Position numbers and translations under genes: made by a program. DNA of 52,445 bases, filler included, from Basidiobolus ranarum (lineage: Eukaryota): the NCBI GenBank assembly GCA_040143965.1. It is 2 parts of 2 records of this genome, joined end to end, with 100 filler letters (N's around TTAATTAATTAA, not from the genome) between each part and the next. Parts side by side here need not be neighbours in the genome. Positions count along the whole stretch, not along the records: positions 1 to 26,229 come from JASJQH010007009.1; 1 more part is not named here. One strand, given 5' to 3'. Below the pieces are notes generated by a model. That model was not told where the DNA came from. It ran no database searches and saw only the letters and a program-made list of their open reading frames with translations. This document shows, in pieces, positions 13,444-25,822 of this stretch. Numbering within the stretch: the first letter of the stretch is position 1; every line of letters starts with the position of its first letter.

Positions 13444-16400
13444 CTATCCACGAAGATAGCGATTGACAATTCTATCTACAGCATCCTAAAGGGGTAGTAA
13501 AAGTTAGTTCTATGTGATGATGGCTTATATGAGGCAATGGTAACTAACATGAGATCCCCAAGAAGGATTTGTAGCTAATCTACGGACGCGTAAGGTAGGA
13601 TGTCGAGAGAAGTCCTTAGTTACATTTGGGTATGATTCTGTTGGATCAATGACCTCTTTAATGAATATCTCGGAGTCTAGATTTGCTAGTTGCGAGTGTG
13701 ATTTTTTTGTTTGCGAGTAGACTTGCTCTTGGGTGGTGGATACTACATTATTCGACAAACCATTTGGACACAAATCTTTTCTTGAATTGAGAACTGATCT
13801 ATTGAACACTTGACTCGTTTGTGTTTCTATGTCTCTTACGATAACGGGTTTCTTTTGACTGGATACATTTCTATTTACGGTACCTTCCTTTCGAACAGAT
13901 TGAGAAGCCGTCACGAGATGACATTCATTAATCTCTTTTGGCACCTTGGCCTTGGGAGGCTGATCAAGTTCACACAAAGAAAAGCTTTCCTCAGGATTTG
14001 AAACCATACTGGCGATTCTATCTTTTATACCTTCGTCCACTCTATTGTCAGAAGCAGAGTCGACTTCTGCTACATATATATCATCGCTTTCTTCACTCAC
14101 GTTTGACTTTTCGTTTAACGTTGAGTATTCGTTATCTCCCCCCTCTGCCAATATCTCATTTACTCGTGATAATAATTTAGTAATTTGTATACGTTGTTCG
14201 CGAATTCGTGTCCGTGACTTCTTTTTCACCTCTGGACGATCTATTGCTCGAGTTGCCTGGCTGCCAGGAGTATTCTCCTGATGACTAATACTAATATGGT
14301 GAGAAGTTTGAGAAATCATTTTCTGTATAGTGGTGTTTACTCCTACATCGTGTCGCAATAGATCGTCAACCGGATCTTGACTTATCGTCGTAGTATTTGC
14401 CGAGATATGGTGGTACCGTACAGTCTCGGTCTGGTTGGAGTTAGAGGCGTAGTGTTTGCTTTTAACTACTTGTAACTGCAGTCGATCTATCTGTTGCTGT
14501 AAAAAATCCAGTCTAGATTCATAATCTTTTGGCTGTGATTGCTTTTCATCTTTCGCTGAACTAGTCACTTTACCACACTGTTTTTTCTGTTCTAATGAGG
14601 AATTCTCCGAGCGTATGACTGGTGATAAATCATCAAGAAGTCTATGGTCGTTATAAAAGTCATACTGATCTAGATCGGTTCTTTCAGTGATTTCTTGCTC
14701 TCCCGTGAAGGAGTACTGATTTCGTTTTCCTTCTCTCTCGACCGTCGATATCGGTGTGCGTAACTCTTTACTTGTTGACGGTTCATTGCGATAAAGTGTA
14801 TGATCACCTTTGGTCTCTTCTAGAGCTACATTTGCAGGTTGCTGGGCTTTGAAGTCCAAATGTGCACACTTGCAAATATAAGGGGGATTCTCTAAATCTC
14901 TCCGTTCTAGTGCTTGAGTGTAATCCGAAGGATTTCGATGGTTTATGATGCATGGAAAATATCGATCTTGTTCGATTTCGTGAATATTTCTTTGAGCCTG
15001 GATGTGGTGTTCGTTTGATTTTCCAGAGATGGCTGAGCGACAATGAGTACAAGAGTAATCGAGGGGAGGTTTAATGGGGTGGCAATGTAAACATGTGCTG
15101 GCATACGGATTCATACGATTATTTGTATGGACAATAGGCTCATCGTAAGTATTTCGCTTTCCGTAGGGGTTTGTTGAAGATCTATTCCAAGCTTCAGCGC
15201 TTTCCTGAAGACCATTAGTACGTGCGGGATTATCATGAGAACCTCGAGGTATGGTTCGTCCATGGTGGGTGTGCTGCACCTCACAATGTTTACAGGTTAA
15301 GGCGTTCTTTTCATGATATTGAGTGGAAACAGGTAGTTTTACTGATCGCTGTTTGTCCTGTATATAGCCCTCATATTCTCTTGAAACTTGACCAACACAG
15401 GTGTTGTAATGAGATTTGGAAGGAGTTTCATGATAATCATAACGCCCTATATAACCTCCACTTGCTGTAGCAGTTGTGGGATACATGTCAGTTGATGGTG
15501 AACGGCCATCATGCCAAGGAGTATCCTGCGACCCTCCACTTGAGTGTACTGCTAGTGAAAAGTTCATTTAATACAAAGCAGATATGAATTTTGCCTATTG
15601 ATAGAAATTACCATTTCGTCTATGTTGAATAATGCTATCATTAGGTGAATATGTGGGTGACATTTCGGAAAGAGAACCAACATCATTCGCACTATCATTG
15701 TCAGTCATGTGGGTAAATCTACGCGATAATGTTGCCCTGTAATGATGGCTCATTATCTCATCGGAATTCTCGGTAAACTCTTCGTTTGATATCAACTCTT
15801 CTTGAGACGCAAAGGTAACTCGAGGGGATCTGGTGTTTCTTGTTGATATACTAGCACTACTATGCCGATTTCTTGATGCGATTGAAGTTACTTTGCTGGG
15901 ATGTGGAGTGTGTCCAGCATATTGTTGCTCTTGTTTGGCTTTATCTATAGGTGAAGGATCATTCAAGCTACACACCTGGAAACTAGAGGCTTCACAAATG
16001 GTGTCATTCACATTATGAGCGGTAGAATTGGTATCACTGGAAATAGGGGAAGATTCATTACTACGATCGTGAATGATTGACTCGTAGGATTCATCAGAAA
16101 CACGATTGTTCTCCTGTGATGGAGTCTTTGGACTTTCTAGAAGGCTAAACTCTGGCTTTTTAATACATGAAGAAACCCCTATACCAAAACGGGCTTCATA
16201 ACTCTGTCGGAAAGTCGGGCTTATGTCAAGCACGAATTCCCAAGAATCAAATCTTAATGGCTCTAGATCATTCATCAGAATTTTTTCGCAACTATAAGCT
16301 ACAATCTTGGGATGATCCATCTAGAAGTAAGTTAAAGTTAAAGAAAGTCAAGCTATGACAAATAAGTTGGACTTGCATCAGACCTTAGGTAAACACTCAA

Positions 16401-18095
16401 GATATATTTGATCCAACGAATTAGAACTTGAGTTGAAGTTAAATAACAACAAGATCATAGGTCTTTTATCTGGCTTGCCTCCATTTCTTTCCCATCTCCA
16501 TGCTATGTATTGAACGATTTTATCAACAAGTCTACTATCGGAAAGTTGCATATTGGATGCCCATCTATATAGGATGAAATAGGATTAATAACAGTCCGCT
16601 GTGGATGAGGATTTTCGTTACGTACAATCCAACAATTCTGTTCTGCTTCTTCTTTACATTCTCTCCAGGAACTATGTTCAACGACCCAGAGTTATCCAGT
16701 ATGGTGTATCTATCAATAGTGTTAGAATAAATCGTGAGGATGAAAATACTGCAAGGAAAGTTACCCGATTCTTTCATCTCGACTATGGCTATATCTCAAT
16801 GAATCCAAAACCTCACTCTCAGCAACTTTGAGTGGTTTAATGTATCGGAGTCTAAAATGTACATTTGGAACAAGCATATTACCTAGATAAAATGTTATAA
16901 TATACTCTAGATTCCCAAAGCGTATTACATATTATATGTTCTAAATACTTACATTTGACGCTTACGTGACCGTCATCCCGACGAAGACAAGTAAAAAAAA
17001 CAAAGGCCAAGGATGAAGGCTGATGAGTTAAATAGGAAACTTGTGCGTCTAATTCCTTTAAAATTTGTTAATATATGGACTCCAGTTGTTTATACTTTGA
17101 ACTATTGAAATGTAAATGTCACCTCCAATGCTTTGTTAAATTGTACCATTTCTGCATTACTCGTTGATGTTTCGTTGGATGTACCTATGATCTAGTATGC
17201 AACTGTATGTTCAACTCTTCATATTCTGATATTAATAAAGCCTATCATCTACACTACCTCATACAAAAGGTCTTCCTTTAATAGTGTGGTTGGAACTTTG
17301 TTTTCTGCTTCACCATATCTCTTGCCAGGGTCAAACCTATCTAAAAATACCGACAAATTCGACTCTTCTTCACTCTGGCCGATTATGAAGCCGGTCTCAC
17401 AAGAAACCTCAGTGAAATGGTGTGCTGCAGTTTTCAAAGCGGTTGTTCCAATATATATCGCACGAGTCATCAAGTTTTCGGGCGAAAAACTGTAAACTAC
17501 ACCACTTTTAGGAGAACGATAACTTTAAAAGTTGATTAATACAAGTAATATCAAATAGAATAATAGTAATCTTAAGAACATACATCTTAAATGGGCTCGA
17601 ATCTGTTGATAAGTTTGAAGAATTTATACGACTACTTGTCGACACGTTTATATCCGAGTCTCCTTCGGAGCAAGGTGTATGAACGGTAGTGGATTCGATG
17701 TTTTCGGACTTTTTTAGTTTCAGATCCCCATTTATCAAGTTTAAATTGGTAGTAACTTGGCGAATCAAACGTACAGGAGTTCGTTCAGGGATTTCATTTA
17801 GCTCCGGGGGCTCGATGCCTTTTGTGCGTTGTTTATTCGCACAAGACTGAGGAGTAGATACGTCTTCTTCTTTTAAGGATCTCTCTTGTGTAGCGTTTGA
17901 GAGAATTGGATCCTTAAGGGATTGAATATTTTGAGAAAGAGGATGTGGTCGGGGTATAGGTTGCGAAGGAATCGGGTTGCTAGTAGAAGCATAATTGCTT
18001 ATCAGAGGGCCTCCGGGAAGTGGTTTGGGTCGAGGTGGAGCAACTCGTGGAGAATAATGAGAACCATTGGAAGATTTGGGTGTATGGCTTGCCAT
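13444..18095 (-). CDS. STIL/Ana2/SAS-5-like protein (STIL_N-like domain, central coiled coil, STAN-like C-terminus), multi-exon
   Basis: Hand-spliced exons give AIYIGTTALKTAAHH..GFIIG..SVFLDRFDPGK..PTTLLKEDLL, then IKPLKVAESEVLDSL..IGYTILD..RIVGLW..IVQYI..IYLECLP, matching the order of STIL_N motifs as I recall them. Coiled coil ESRLDFLQQQIDRLQLQV; last exon 13485-13444 DAVDRIVNRYLRG*. Some internal exon boundaries (16850-17260) not fully resolved. Confidence 0.75.
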
Positions 18096-18496
18096 AACCT
18101 CCGAGGTTTCTTTTTTGAATATGAACTAGGAAATCGTTGATAGCTATAGATTGGCGTTATGAATGAAACTACCGATACAAAAGAACTATTCATCCAAGAT
18201 TCAAATTACTGGCATTCTCAATGCTAGACTGCTAACTCGTACTAACCACTTGACTGGTTCATGATCAAGTAAACAAATAAATGAAAGAGTTAATTTTATT
18301 CTAAGGTGAGGATTATAACTTAATCTAGTTATTAAACACAAACTAATCAGTTTGATGGGGTCCAATTTGAATTCACGACAAAGATTGGACAGAGATTGAA
18401 CTTTCAGATCTCCAAAATGAGTTTAATAAAAAGGTAGTTACGAAGTTGGTGACTTCCTCTTTCACGCACGCTCAACGGGCACGCTTTGCATCTACT

Positions 18497-19514
18497 ATGA
18501 AGGTAATATTAGCATCCATCATACACTTGAGCTACAATATACGGACAACAATGAATTGATTTTTGGCGGTAAACCGAAAATTCTCGCGATATCTTCAATA
18601 GAGAGATTCCATTGTTATTGTTCATCCATCCATCGATCATCAATGCAGTTCTTCACTCTCCTGCGTCTATCATCGCTAACTGATATTTTCGAATCGTTTA
18701 GTTGAACATCGCTAACCCAGCCACTGGCTGTCAAAAGACCATCGAAATTGATGACGAACGTAAGGTGTAAGTATTACCTCCCATACGCTAGTTTCCACTA
18801 TCCCTGTAATTTCGTGGTGTCAAGTTTACTTATTGAAATCATCATAGTCGCGCTTTCTACGATAAACGTATGTCCAGTGAAGTCCCAGGTGACTCCCTTG
18901 GTGACGAATTCAAGGGATATGTCTTCCGTATCACTGGTGGTAACGATAAACAAGGATTCCCTATGAAGCAAGGTATCCTCCTTCCTCACCGTGTCCGTCT
19001 TCTCTTATCCAAGGGACATTCTTGCTACCGTCCTCGCCGTACTGGTGAGCGTAAGAGAAAGAGTGTTCGCGGTTGTATTGTTGGTTCCGATCTCTCTGTT
19101 CTCTCTTTGGTCATCGTTAAGCAAGGTGAACAAGATCTCCCAGGATTGACCGACTCCACTGTTCCCAAGCGTCTTGGACCCAAGAGAGCTTCTAAACTTA
19201 GAAAGATGTTCAACCTTACCAAGGATGATGATGTTCGTAAGTTCGTTATCCGTCGTGAGGTCCAACCCAAGAACGCTGAGAAGAAGCCCTACACCAAGGC
19301 CCCCAAGATCCAACGTCTTGTTACTCCCCTTACTCTTCAACGTAAGCGTCACAGAATTGCTCTCAAGCGTAAGAACTCCCAAGCTTCTAAGGAAGCCGCT
19401 GCTGACTACGCTAAGCTCCTCGCTCAACGCGTCAAGGAGCAACGTGAGAAGAAGGAAGAGATCAAGAAGAGAAGACTCAGCAGCTCCCAACACGCCTCCG
19501 CTGCTAAAAACTAA
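18497..19514 (+). CDS. RPS6: 40S ribosomal protein S6 (eS6), 3 exons
   Basis: ATG AAG|GT exon 1; [53 protein letters not shown]-terminal RRLSSS. Confidence 0.98.
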
Positions 19515-20818
19515 GTTTACTACACTCTCCCTTACTACACCATATTTAAATAATAAACACTCGATACACTTAAGGGGTAATCATAGTGAATCTTATATTC
19601 TTTTGGCTTTATCATTCTCTATAGAATCGGAACTGAATTTTTGATCCGCATTACTAGTTACATGACTATGAATATAAACGATGACATTGGAGAAATCACT
19701 TTAGTCGTGCTGGTTGATAATCATTATAATTCCGTGAATGAGAGTTACCGCAGGAACCTTCTCACATGGAATTGTCGAGTTTTACAAGATACAAATAAAC
19801 AGAACTAGCTGAGAAGTAAACTACTAGTTATGATATTTATTTACAACAACCACACTGAAATTGCAACGTAACTTACAATTCGATCAATGATCGTTTTATA
19901 ACCGGCTAATTCATTAATACCCACTTATTCCACAACCAGGATGAACCACTCAAAAATCATTTTCCCAGGGTCATTGAGGTTCCCGCTTCCCACGAGCCAG
20001 AGTAACCTGATAATCTAGAACTACTCATCTGAACCGATCAAAACCAGTTTGACGTATTCTCTCACCGTCCACGTTTGGGTTGGTAGAAGTGAAAAAATAT
20101 CGTTTTGACGATCAACTCGCACGCTTTGCATAAGAAGGTATTGTGTTAAACCTACAAGAAAGTAACATATCATTGTCAAGATATTTTAATGCATAGACCA
20201 TCAGGTTCAAATGTAAAGTCAATCGATAATGCAGTCAACTGATCCGAATATTCCCGCGAGCATATTGACGAAGACTTGGACGACCTTGGGTCAGGCGATA
20301 GGTACCATCAGTATTTCCAACTTTGGGCAGGTCCGTGATTGGTGACATACCAATTAAGTTTGTCCATTTTAAATACACAGCTGTGATGAAAGCCAATTTT
20401 TGATTCTGAAACAGGCTTCCTATATTTGATAATACAAAAAGCAAATGGACCTTTAGCATAGTTCGTAGTTTGAAGCGATTGCAAACAAAACTCAATCCAA
20501 AGCCATAGATAGACCTCAGACACTAGATTAAAGCGAGCAGATTGATTAATAATAGTAGGAATATACTAACAATATCGATGATTTATATCTATATCCGGTA
20601 TTAAATCAGTATCAGTGACGAAATATTGAGTGAATTATTGCGTCCAATCTATGACCGCATCAAGAAGTAATTATCGATGTATCCATAGAAATCATCACGA
20701 TTAACCCAATACGGATAATTAACAAGCTTTCAATCTGGTTAAATATGGGTATTGGGTGTGGGGTACTCTATCAACGTATATAGATTAGCTTTTCGAAGAG
20801 GGAATTTTCTTAATGAAC

Positions 20819-20912
20819 ATGGCCTCAAAGGGTAATCTAATGTTTCTTAAGTCATCTCTAAAATGTATGGCCTCAAAGGGTAATATCATGTTCCTTAAGT
20901 CATCTCTAAAAT
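20819..20912. repeat. Two-copy 48-bp imperfect tandem duplication
   Basis: atggcctcaaagggtaat(cta/atc)atgtt(t/c)cttaagtcatctctaaaat at 20819 and 20867. Confidence 0.9.
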
Positions 20913-21300
20913 ACTCAACTACCTTCATTCAAGTGACCAATCCTTGGTACCACTTGACCGTAATAACAACTCGACGTAAGCTCAGGTGATATCACCGTGT
21001 AACGTTACAAATCATGGAGATTCATCTATTCTCTTTAGGTTTTTACCGACTTTAGAGTATTTGTTTTACTTGACATAATTGGATAATTGATTAATGAAAA
21101 TTTTTCTTTTGATATACATACTTTAAAATATGTGGTGTACTGAGTGGGTGGTTGTGATGAAAAAGCGATATAAAGCCTGGATGGTCGGTGGTTCCAAATC
21201 AATCCATTCTCTGCCTCTATTCCTTGGCTCCTTTTATCTACATCTTCTTAATTAGGTACATCCGATTACTTTCAATCCTTTCCGTATCCAAGTGCCTAAT

Positions 21301-22590
21301 ATGTCTACAGTTGCGGACAAAGAGACAGTCAATAACCAAGAGGCTAAAAACATTCACCAACTTGAGTATGAAGATGTACCCGGACACGAGCGAACTGGAT
21401 CTTCTTTTGGTGCTTTCGCGAACATTGTCTGTGTCATTGCTGGAAGTGGCACTTTGCAATTACCACTTGCTTTAAATCAAGGTGGTTGGTTCTCAGTCAT
21501 TCTAATCGTGTTCTTCTCCATCGCTGCCATCTATGCTGGTAACCTTTTGATCAAGTGTCTTTACTATGACGGAGTCTCAAGATTGGACGATTACCCCTCT
21601 ATTGCCGAAGCCGCTTTCGGCAAGTTTGGCAAATACTTCATCAGAACATTCAATTACTCTATCTTGCTTGGCACTAGTTGCGTCTACATCCTTCTGGCTG
21701 GTCTTAACATTCATACTTTAGTGCAAAAGCTTGATGTGAATATTGACTTGAAAATATGGATAATCATCGCTGCCTGTGTTATCTGGGTTCCATTCGTTTG
21801 TTTAAAATCCATCAAAGAAATCGCATTGATGTCTGCCTTCGGAGCTTTAGCCACATTGGTAGTAGTTATCGTCTCAGTAGTTGTGGGCTTCATTGATCTC
21901 AATCAACGTGTTACTGGTGCTGCTAACCATCAATTCATGAACACCTCCGGTCTCCCTCTTGCTCTTGCTTCCATTTGCTTCTCCTTTGGTGGTAATGTCA
22001 TTTATCCCCATGTTGAATCTGGAATGGCTCACCCAAAATCCTGGTCGAAGGTTCTTACTATGGCTATGGCCACCATTTGCGGAATGTATGTCTTGATCTC
22101 TGTCTGTGGTTACTATGTATACGGTCAGACTGTGCAATCACCCATCTATTTAAGCTTACCACAAGAAGCACCTACTTACGTTGCCATGATTATGATCACA
22201 CTTCATGTCATCCTCGCCGCTCCCTTGTATCTGACTGGCTTCGCTTATGAAATTGAAGGATTGTGGAAAATTGATCGTAGATATCATTCAGCCTCCAAAG
22301 AGTTCATTCTTCGTGCCGCTTTACGTACATCCATGATAGTGGTTTTGGCTTTGATTGCTATGTTCCTTCCTTATGTGGATGATTTGATGTCACTCATTGG
22401 TGCCCTGGCTTACTCCATTATTATCTTCATTGCTCCAATTGTTCTTTACTTGAAACTGCACGGACTTCGCTCTATGGGTAAAGTGGAAATGGCCTGGTGT
22501 GCTTTAATCATCATAACCGCAGCCATTGCCTGTGTGTTGGGTACCAAAGATGCCATCATATCCCTGATCAACCGAGTGAAGAACGGTTAA
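21301..22590 (+). CDS. Transmembrane amino acid transporter (Aa_trans/AAAP family), intronless
   Basis: SSFGAFANIVCVIAGSGTLQLPLALNQGGW; YPSIAEAAFGKFG; SFGGNVIYPHVESGMAHPKSW; ~11 hydrophobic segments. ATG at 21301 preferred over the GTG at 21292. Confidence 0.93.
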   Translation: MSTVADKETVNNQEAKNIHQLEYEDVPGHERTGSSFGAFANIVCVIAGSGTLQLPLALNQGGWFSVILIVFFSIAAIYAGNLLIKCLYYDGVSRLDDYPSIAEAAFGKFGKYFIRTFNYSILLGTSCVYILLAGLNIHTLVQKLDVNIDLKIWIIIAACVIWVPFVCLKSIKEIALMSAFGALATLVVVIVSVVVGFIDLNQRVTGAANHQFMNTSGLPLALASICFSFGGNVIYPHVESGMAHPKSWSKVLTMAMATICGMYVLISVCGYYVYGQTVQSPIYLSLPQEAPTYVAMIMITLHVILAAPLYLTGFAYEIEGLWKIDRRYHSASKEFILRAALRTSMIVVLALIAMFLPYVDDLMSLIGALAYSIIIFIAPIVLYLKLHGLRSMGKVEMAWCALIIITAAIACVLGTKDAIISLINRVKNG

Positions 22591-23486
22591 GATTGTCTTC
22601 TCGGCGTAGTTTGTAAATTTTTGGAGTTCCCAGTGAATTCTCTGCTTTTCTCACCTCACTTTATTTCCGCATTTTCATTGATGTCACACTTAGCATTAAC
22701 CTATATCGTTCGTTCGTACATATATATTTGTATGGGTCTATATATCATATCACCTTTACACCATATCCTGAGAATTTTCAACCCTTACCCTCATTTTAGT
22801 TGTAACAAAATCACGCCTCTTCGAGTCATCATGGATCATAATAAACCAAAGAATTAAAGCATAATTACTTTTATATATACTTACTTTTACCCGGTGCCTT
22901 CATATCTGTTCAGAAACCATTAATCTGAAGCCATTAGTGATCAGCAATCTTTCTGGGGAGAAAATCTGGAGAACAGGTTGTGATGGGTAGATTTTCATTG
23001 CCCAAACATTGATGCACTATATGGTAAGGTTTCATTAGAGTGATCTTGGTATGTCCTCTCAGATTCACCGAAGGTGGGAAATTCTTCCATCTGGAAGCCT
23101 AGTTTGGTAGTTAACCGATGATGGGTTAGTAAGAGTAATCCAGTCATGATTTCCGATCGATAGACTGGTTCTTGTCTGAATTGGGTTTTTCGTCAAGTGT
23201 AAATTTTGCCCCATTTCTGACATTTACCCATCATGTGTTTAATCGATCATTAGCTGGTATCTTGATCGCAATGTTCATTTATTTTATAGTGGAGTCCCTT
23301 GACTCATGTGATGAAAGATCAACTCCATAGATTTGGTGTTTTTTACTTAATTGATGGTATTTAACGAATATTACGAGAAGGTCATAAGAAAGGGAGTATT
23401 TGCATCGATTCATATTGAATTTGTTTATCAAAGAAAATCCATATTATATCTAGTCTATTGGGAGAGGAAGCAGGTAGAGTTGAGGT

Positions 23487-24385
23487 TTAATTGGGCGAGT
23501 GGGTGTCTTCTTCGGATTCATTTAAAGAACCTCCAGCTGCTTTGAATGGATCTAACATGGGTCTGGTAATACTCAATGGATTACTTGAGGCTGGTCGATC
23601 TTTGTCAGTTTTCTTCTTTTTACTCGTAGTTTTCACCTTGATCCCTTCAAGATTGGCCTTTACTAGTGCTAATTTTCGTGCCACGTGTTTACGCTGTTCT
23701 AGGCAACCTAGGGACACAATCTTGGTGGTTAAGTTATGCAGTAAGGTCTTGAGAATACGTTGTGATTGTGGTGATGGTTCAGTATCGCAGTTTGCATCTT
23801 GTGGGTGAATAATCCATGCTAAATAGTTATATACAGATTCAATGTCTTGGGAAAGTGGGCCCATATCATCCTCTAAAATAAACTCCATGAGTCAACATGA
23901 ACAGCATTTCTTGGGTGAAAATAGAAATTACCTTCAGATTGGTTTTTACAATGGCGAAGCATCTAACGAAAAACCCATTTAGTAAAATAGCCCCTAATAT
24001 ATCGTTCTATTTGAGAAAACACTCATACGTTGGAATATTGCTCACCCATATTTATATGATCCCCTAACTGTACAGCTCTTAATAACCTGATGCTATTATT
24101 TAGTTTGGCTAAAAAGGAAAGTCACAGAAGAATTAGTCCGGTTCGTTGGGTATTGGGGAAGTAAGAAAGAAATCTCTTACTAGGTTCAAAACGATCTTCT
24201 ACCGTAACTGAATCTTTAGCAGCGGCAGTGAGAGTTTTAGAAGGATCTGTTACTTTCTCTTCAGCTGGAGCTTTCCGTTTCTTGTTCGGTGGGGGATTTA
24301 CAATATTGGTGATTTTCATGGTGGTTGAAATAGTCTCAGCTTCGACATTATCCTCATTGCTATTAACCTCCGGACTGCCAGACAT
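23487..24385 (-). CDS. Hypothetical protein, multi-exon, with NLS-like basic patches
   Basis: ORFs 24385-24122 and 23888-23487 can be joined by small exons with GT-AG sites (LLRAVQLGDHINMGEQYSN; MLRHCKNQSE); PPNKKRK and SKKKK. No family recognised. Confidence 0.6.
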
Positions 24386-24761
24386 GACAAAAAAAAGTAA
24401 TGTTCGTAATAATAAATAGTTAATATGTCTTCATTCGTTCTTCAAAACCATAAACCGTCCTAAGACTGAGCCAAGTTTTTTTCAGTTCCTTTATTGATTC
24501 CATTTTAATTATCAGCTCATATAGATATCAACATAGGTTTAGGGGATGGAAATCGTATTAATGGTCCAATTTTAAACCAGAATGAGTCGTATATGAGTGA
24601 GTACTTAACCAAAAATTATCCACATTAGTTTATTAGTTTGCCATTGATTTGATGAATATTACTAAAACTTTCAAAAAAGTGAAGAGGAATTAAAGGTCAA
24701 ATATTTGGTGCCTTTTTAGTAAAATATCACGGTTGTGTTTATTTCACTCAGTATAGAAATC

Positions 24762-25640
24762 ATGTCAGTCCTCACCGAAAACCCTCTTTATACACAACAC
24801 GGCCCCGTACACATTGTTCTTTTCGAAAACGTACAAAATGCTGGGGAAATCAAAAAGCAATTATCTGACGTAGATCTTCAACCTAGCTGTTGTTTTGTTG
24901 ATGCTAAAATGGTAGGTGATACACCCGTATAACTTATATGTAGGACCAGTTACCTTGGTACATTTTCTTTGGGTTAAAGAATTGAAATAGATGATATCAC
25001 TTTAGTCTAATTCTTTAATCTTGTCATTTATCTTATCCTTATGCCATTGTTAGATCCTCTCCACCTTCCAGATCTTAGTAGCTGCCAATCGTGCTCTTTA
25101 CATGGATAGTTTGGGAAAGCTGAAAACACGTAACCTTCTTTCGGAAACGATATTTAGCTTATCTCCAAACATGAATGTAAATATTCCCAATTTTATATAT
25201 GAATTCTGCTCTTATTAACTCTTGTATCATTCATTACTCTCTGAAGATTGCCCAAACGTTGGATAGATTTGGTGTTAAAGAAGATAGTACGTCTTTAATT
25301 GGTATCAAGATTGGAGATGTAACCGAAGCCGAGGTAAATATAAGAGATATTTCTTTGACAGAACCAACTGTAACCAAATTTTCAACGTAGTTGTTACAAG
25401 AGTTCCAATCCATTGTTAAAGGAGAAGTTGGAAAGCTAGAGGATATTGGAAAATCAGTTGATATGGATTTACTTCAAAAGGTAGATAAAATGGTTTCTAG
25501 TATTATAGTCTTTAATGGTCTCTCCTTTATTAAAGAACCATTTTTATCATTCATAGATGTACAAATTCAATTCAACTCAAGCTACATCTGACGAAATCCA
25601 CAACTTTGTAATCTCTTCCATGGCTCTAAAGGGCCTATAA
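24762..25640 (+). CDS. CGI121: KEOPS/EKC complex subunit Cgi121 (TPRKB), multi-exon
   Basis: LFENVQNAGEIKK; DAKMILSTFQILVAANRAL; KLKTRNLLSETIFSLSPNMNIAQTLDRFGV; C-terminal SMALKGL*. Confidence 0.92.
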
Positions 25641-25822
25641 AGGAATACTACGCTATTTCCATATTAAATCTCACTTTCACCTCTGAAATATTCGTACCGT
25701 TCTATATCAATATTCATACCTTAAAACAGTGTTCTATATCTGTGCATAAAGATGGCCACTTCGTAGTTTATTAAGATTGTAGATAGAGAGTTAGGTTTAA
25801 AAAAGCCCATGCAAGTGGATAT

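Noticed and set aside
19005-19644. Long antisense and alternative-frame ORFs over RPS6
   Set aside because: Shadow ORFs caused by strong codon bias in a highly expressed gene.
20235-20523. Short minus-strand ORFs in the RPS6-transporter intergenic region
   Set aside because: No recognisable motif, splice pattern or ATG start; likely spurious.
23070-23190. RNase P RNA-like words (AGGTGGGAAATTC on plus; AACCCAATTCAGAC on minus)
   Set aside because: They lie on opposite strands and neither has its complementary P4 partner at a suitable position. An Infernal search would settle it.
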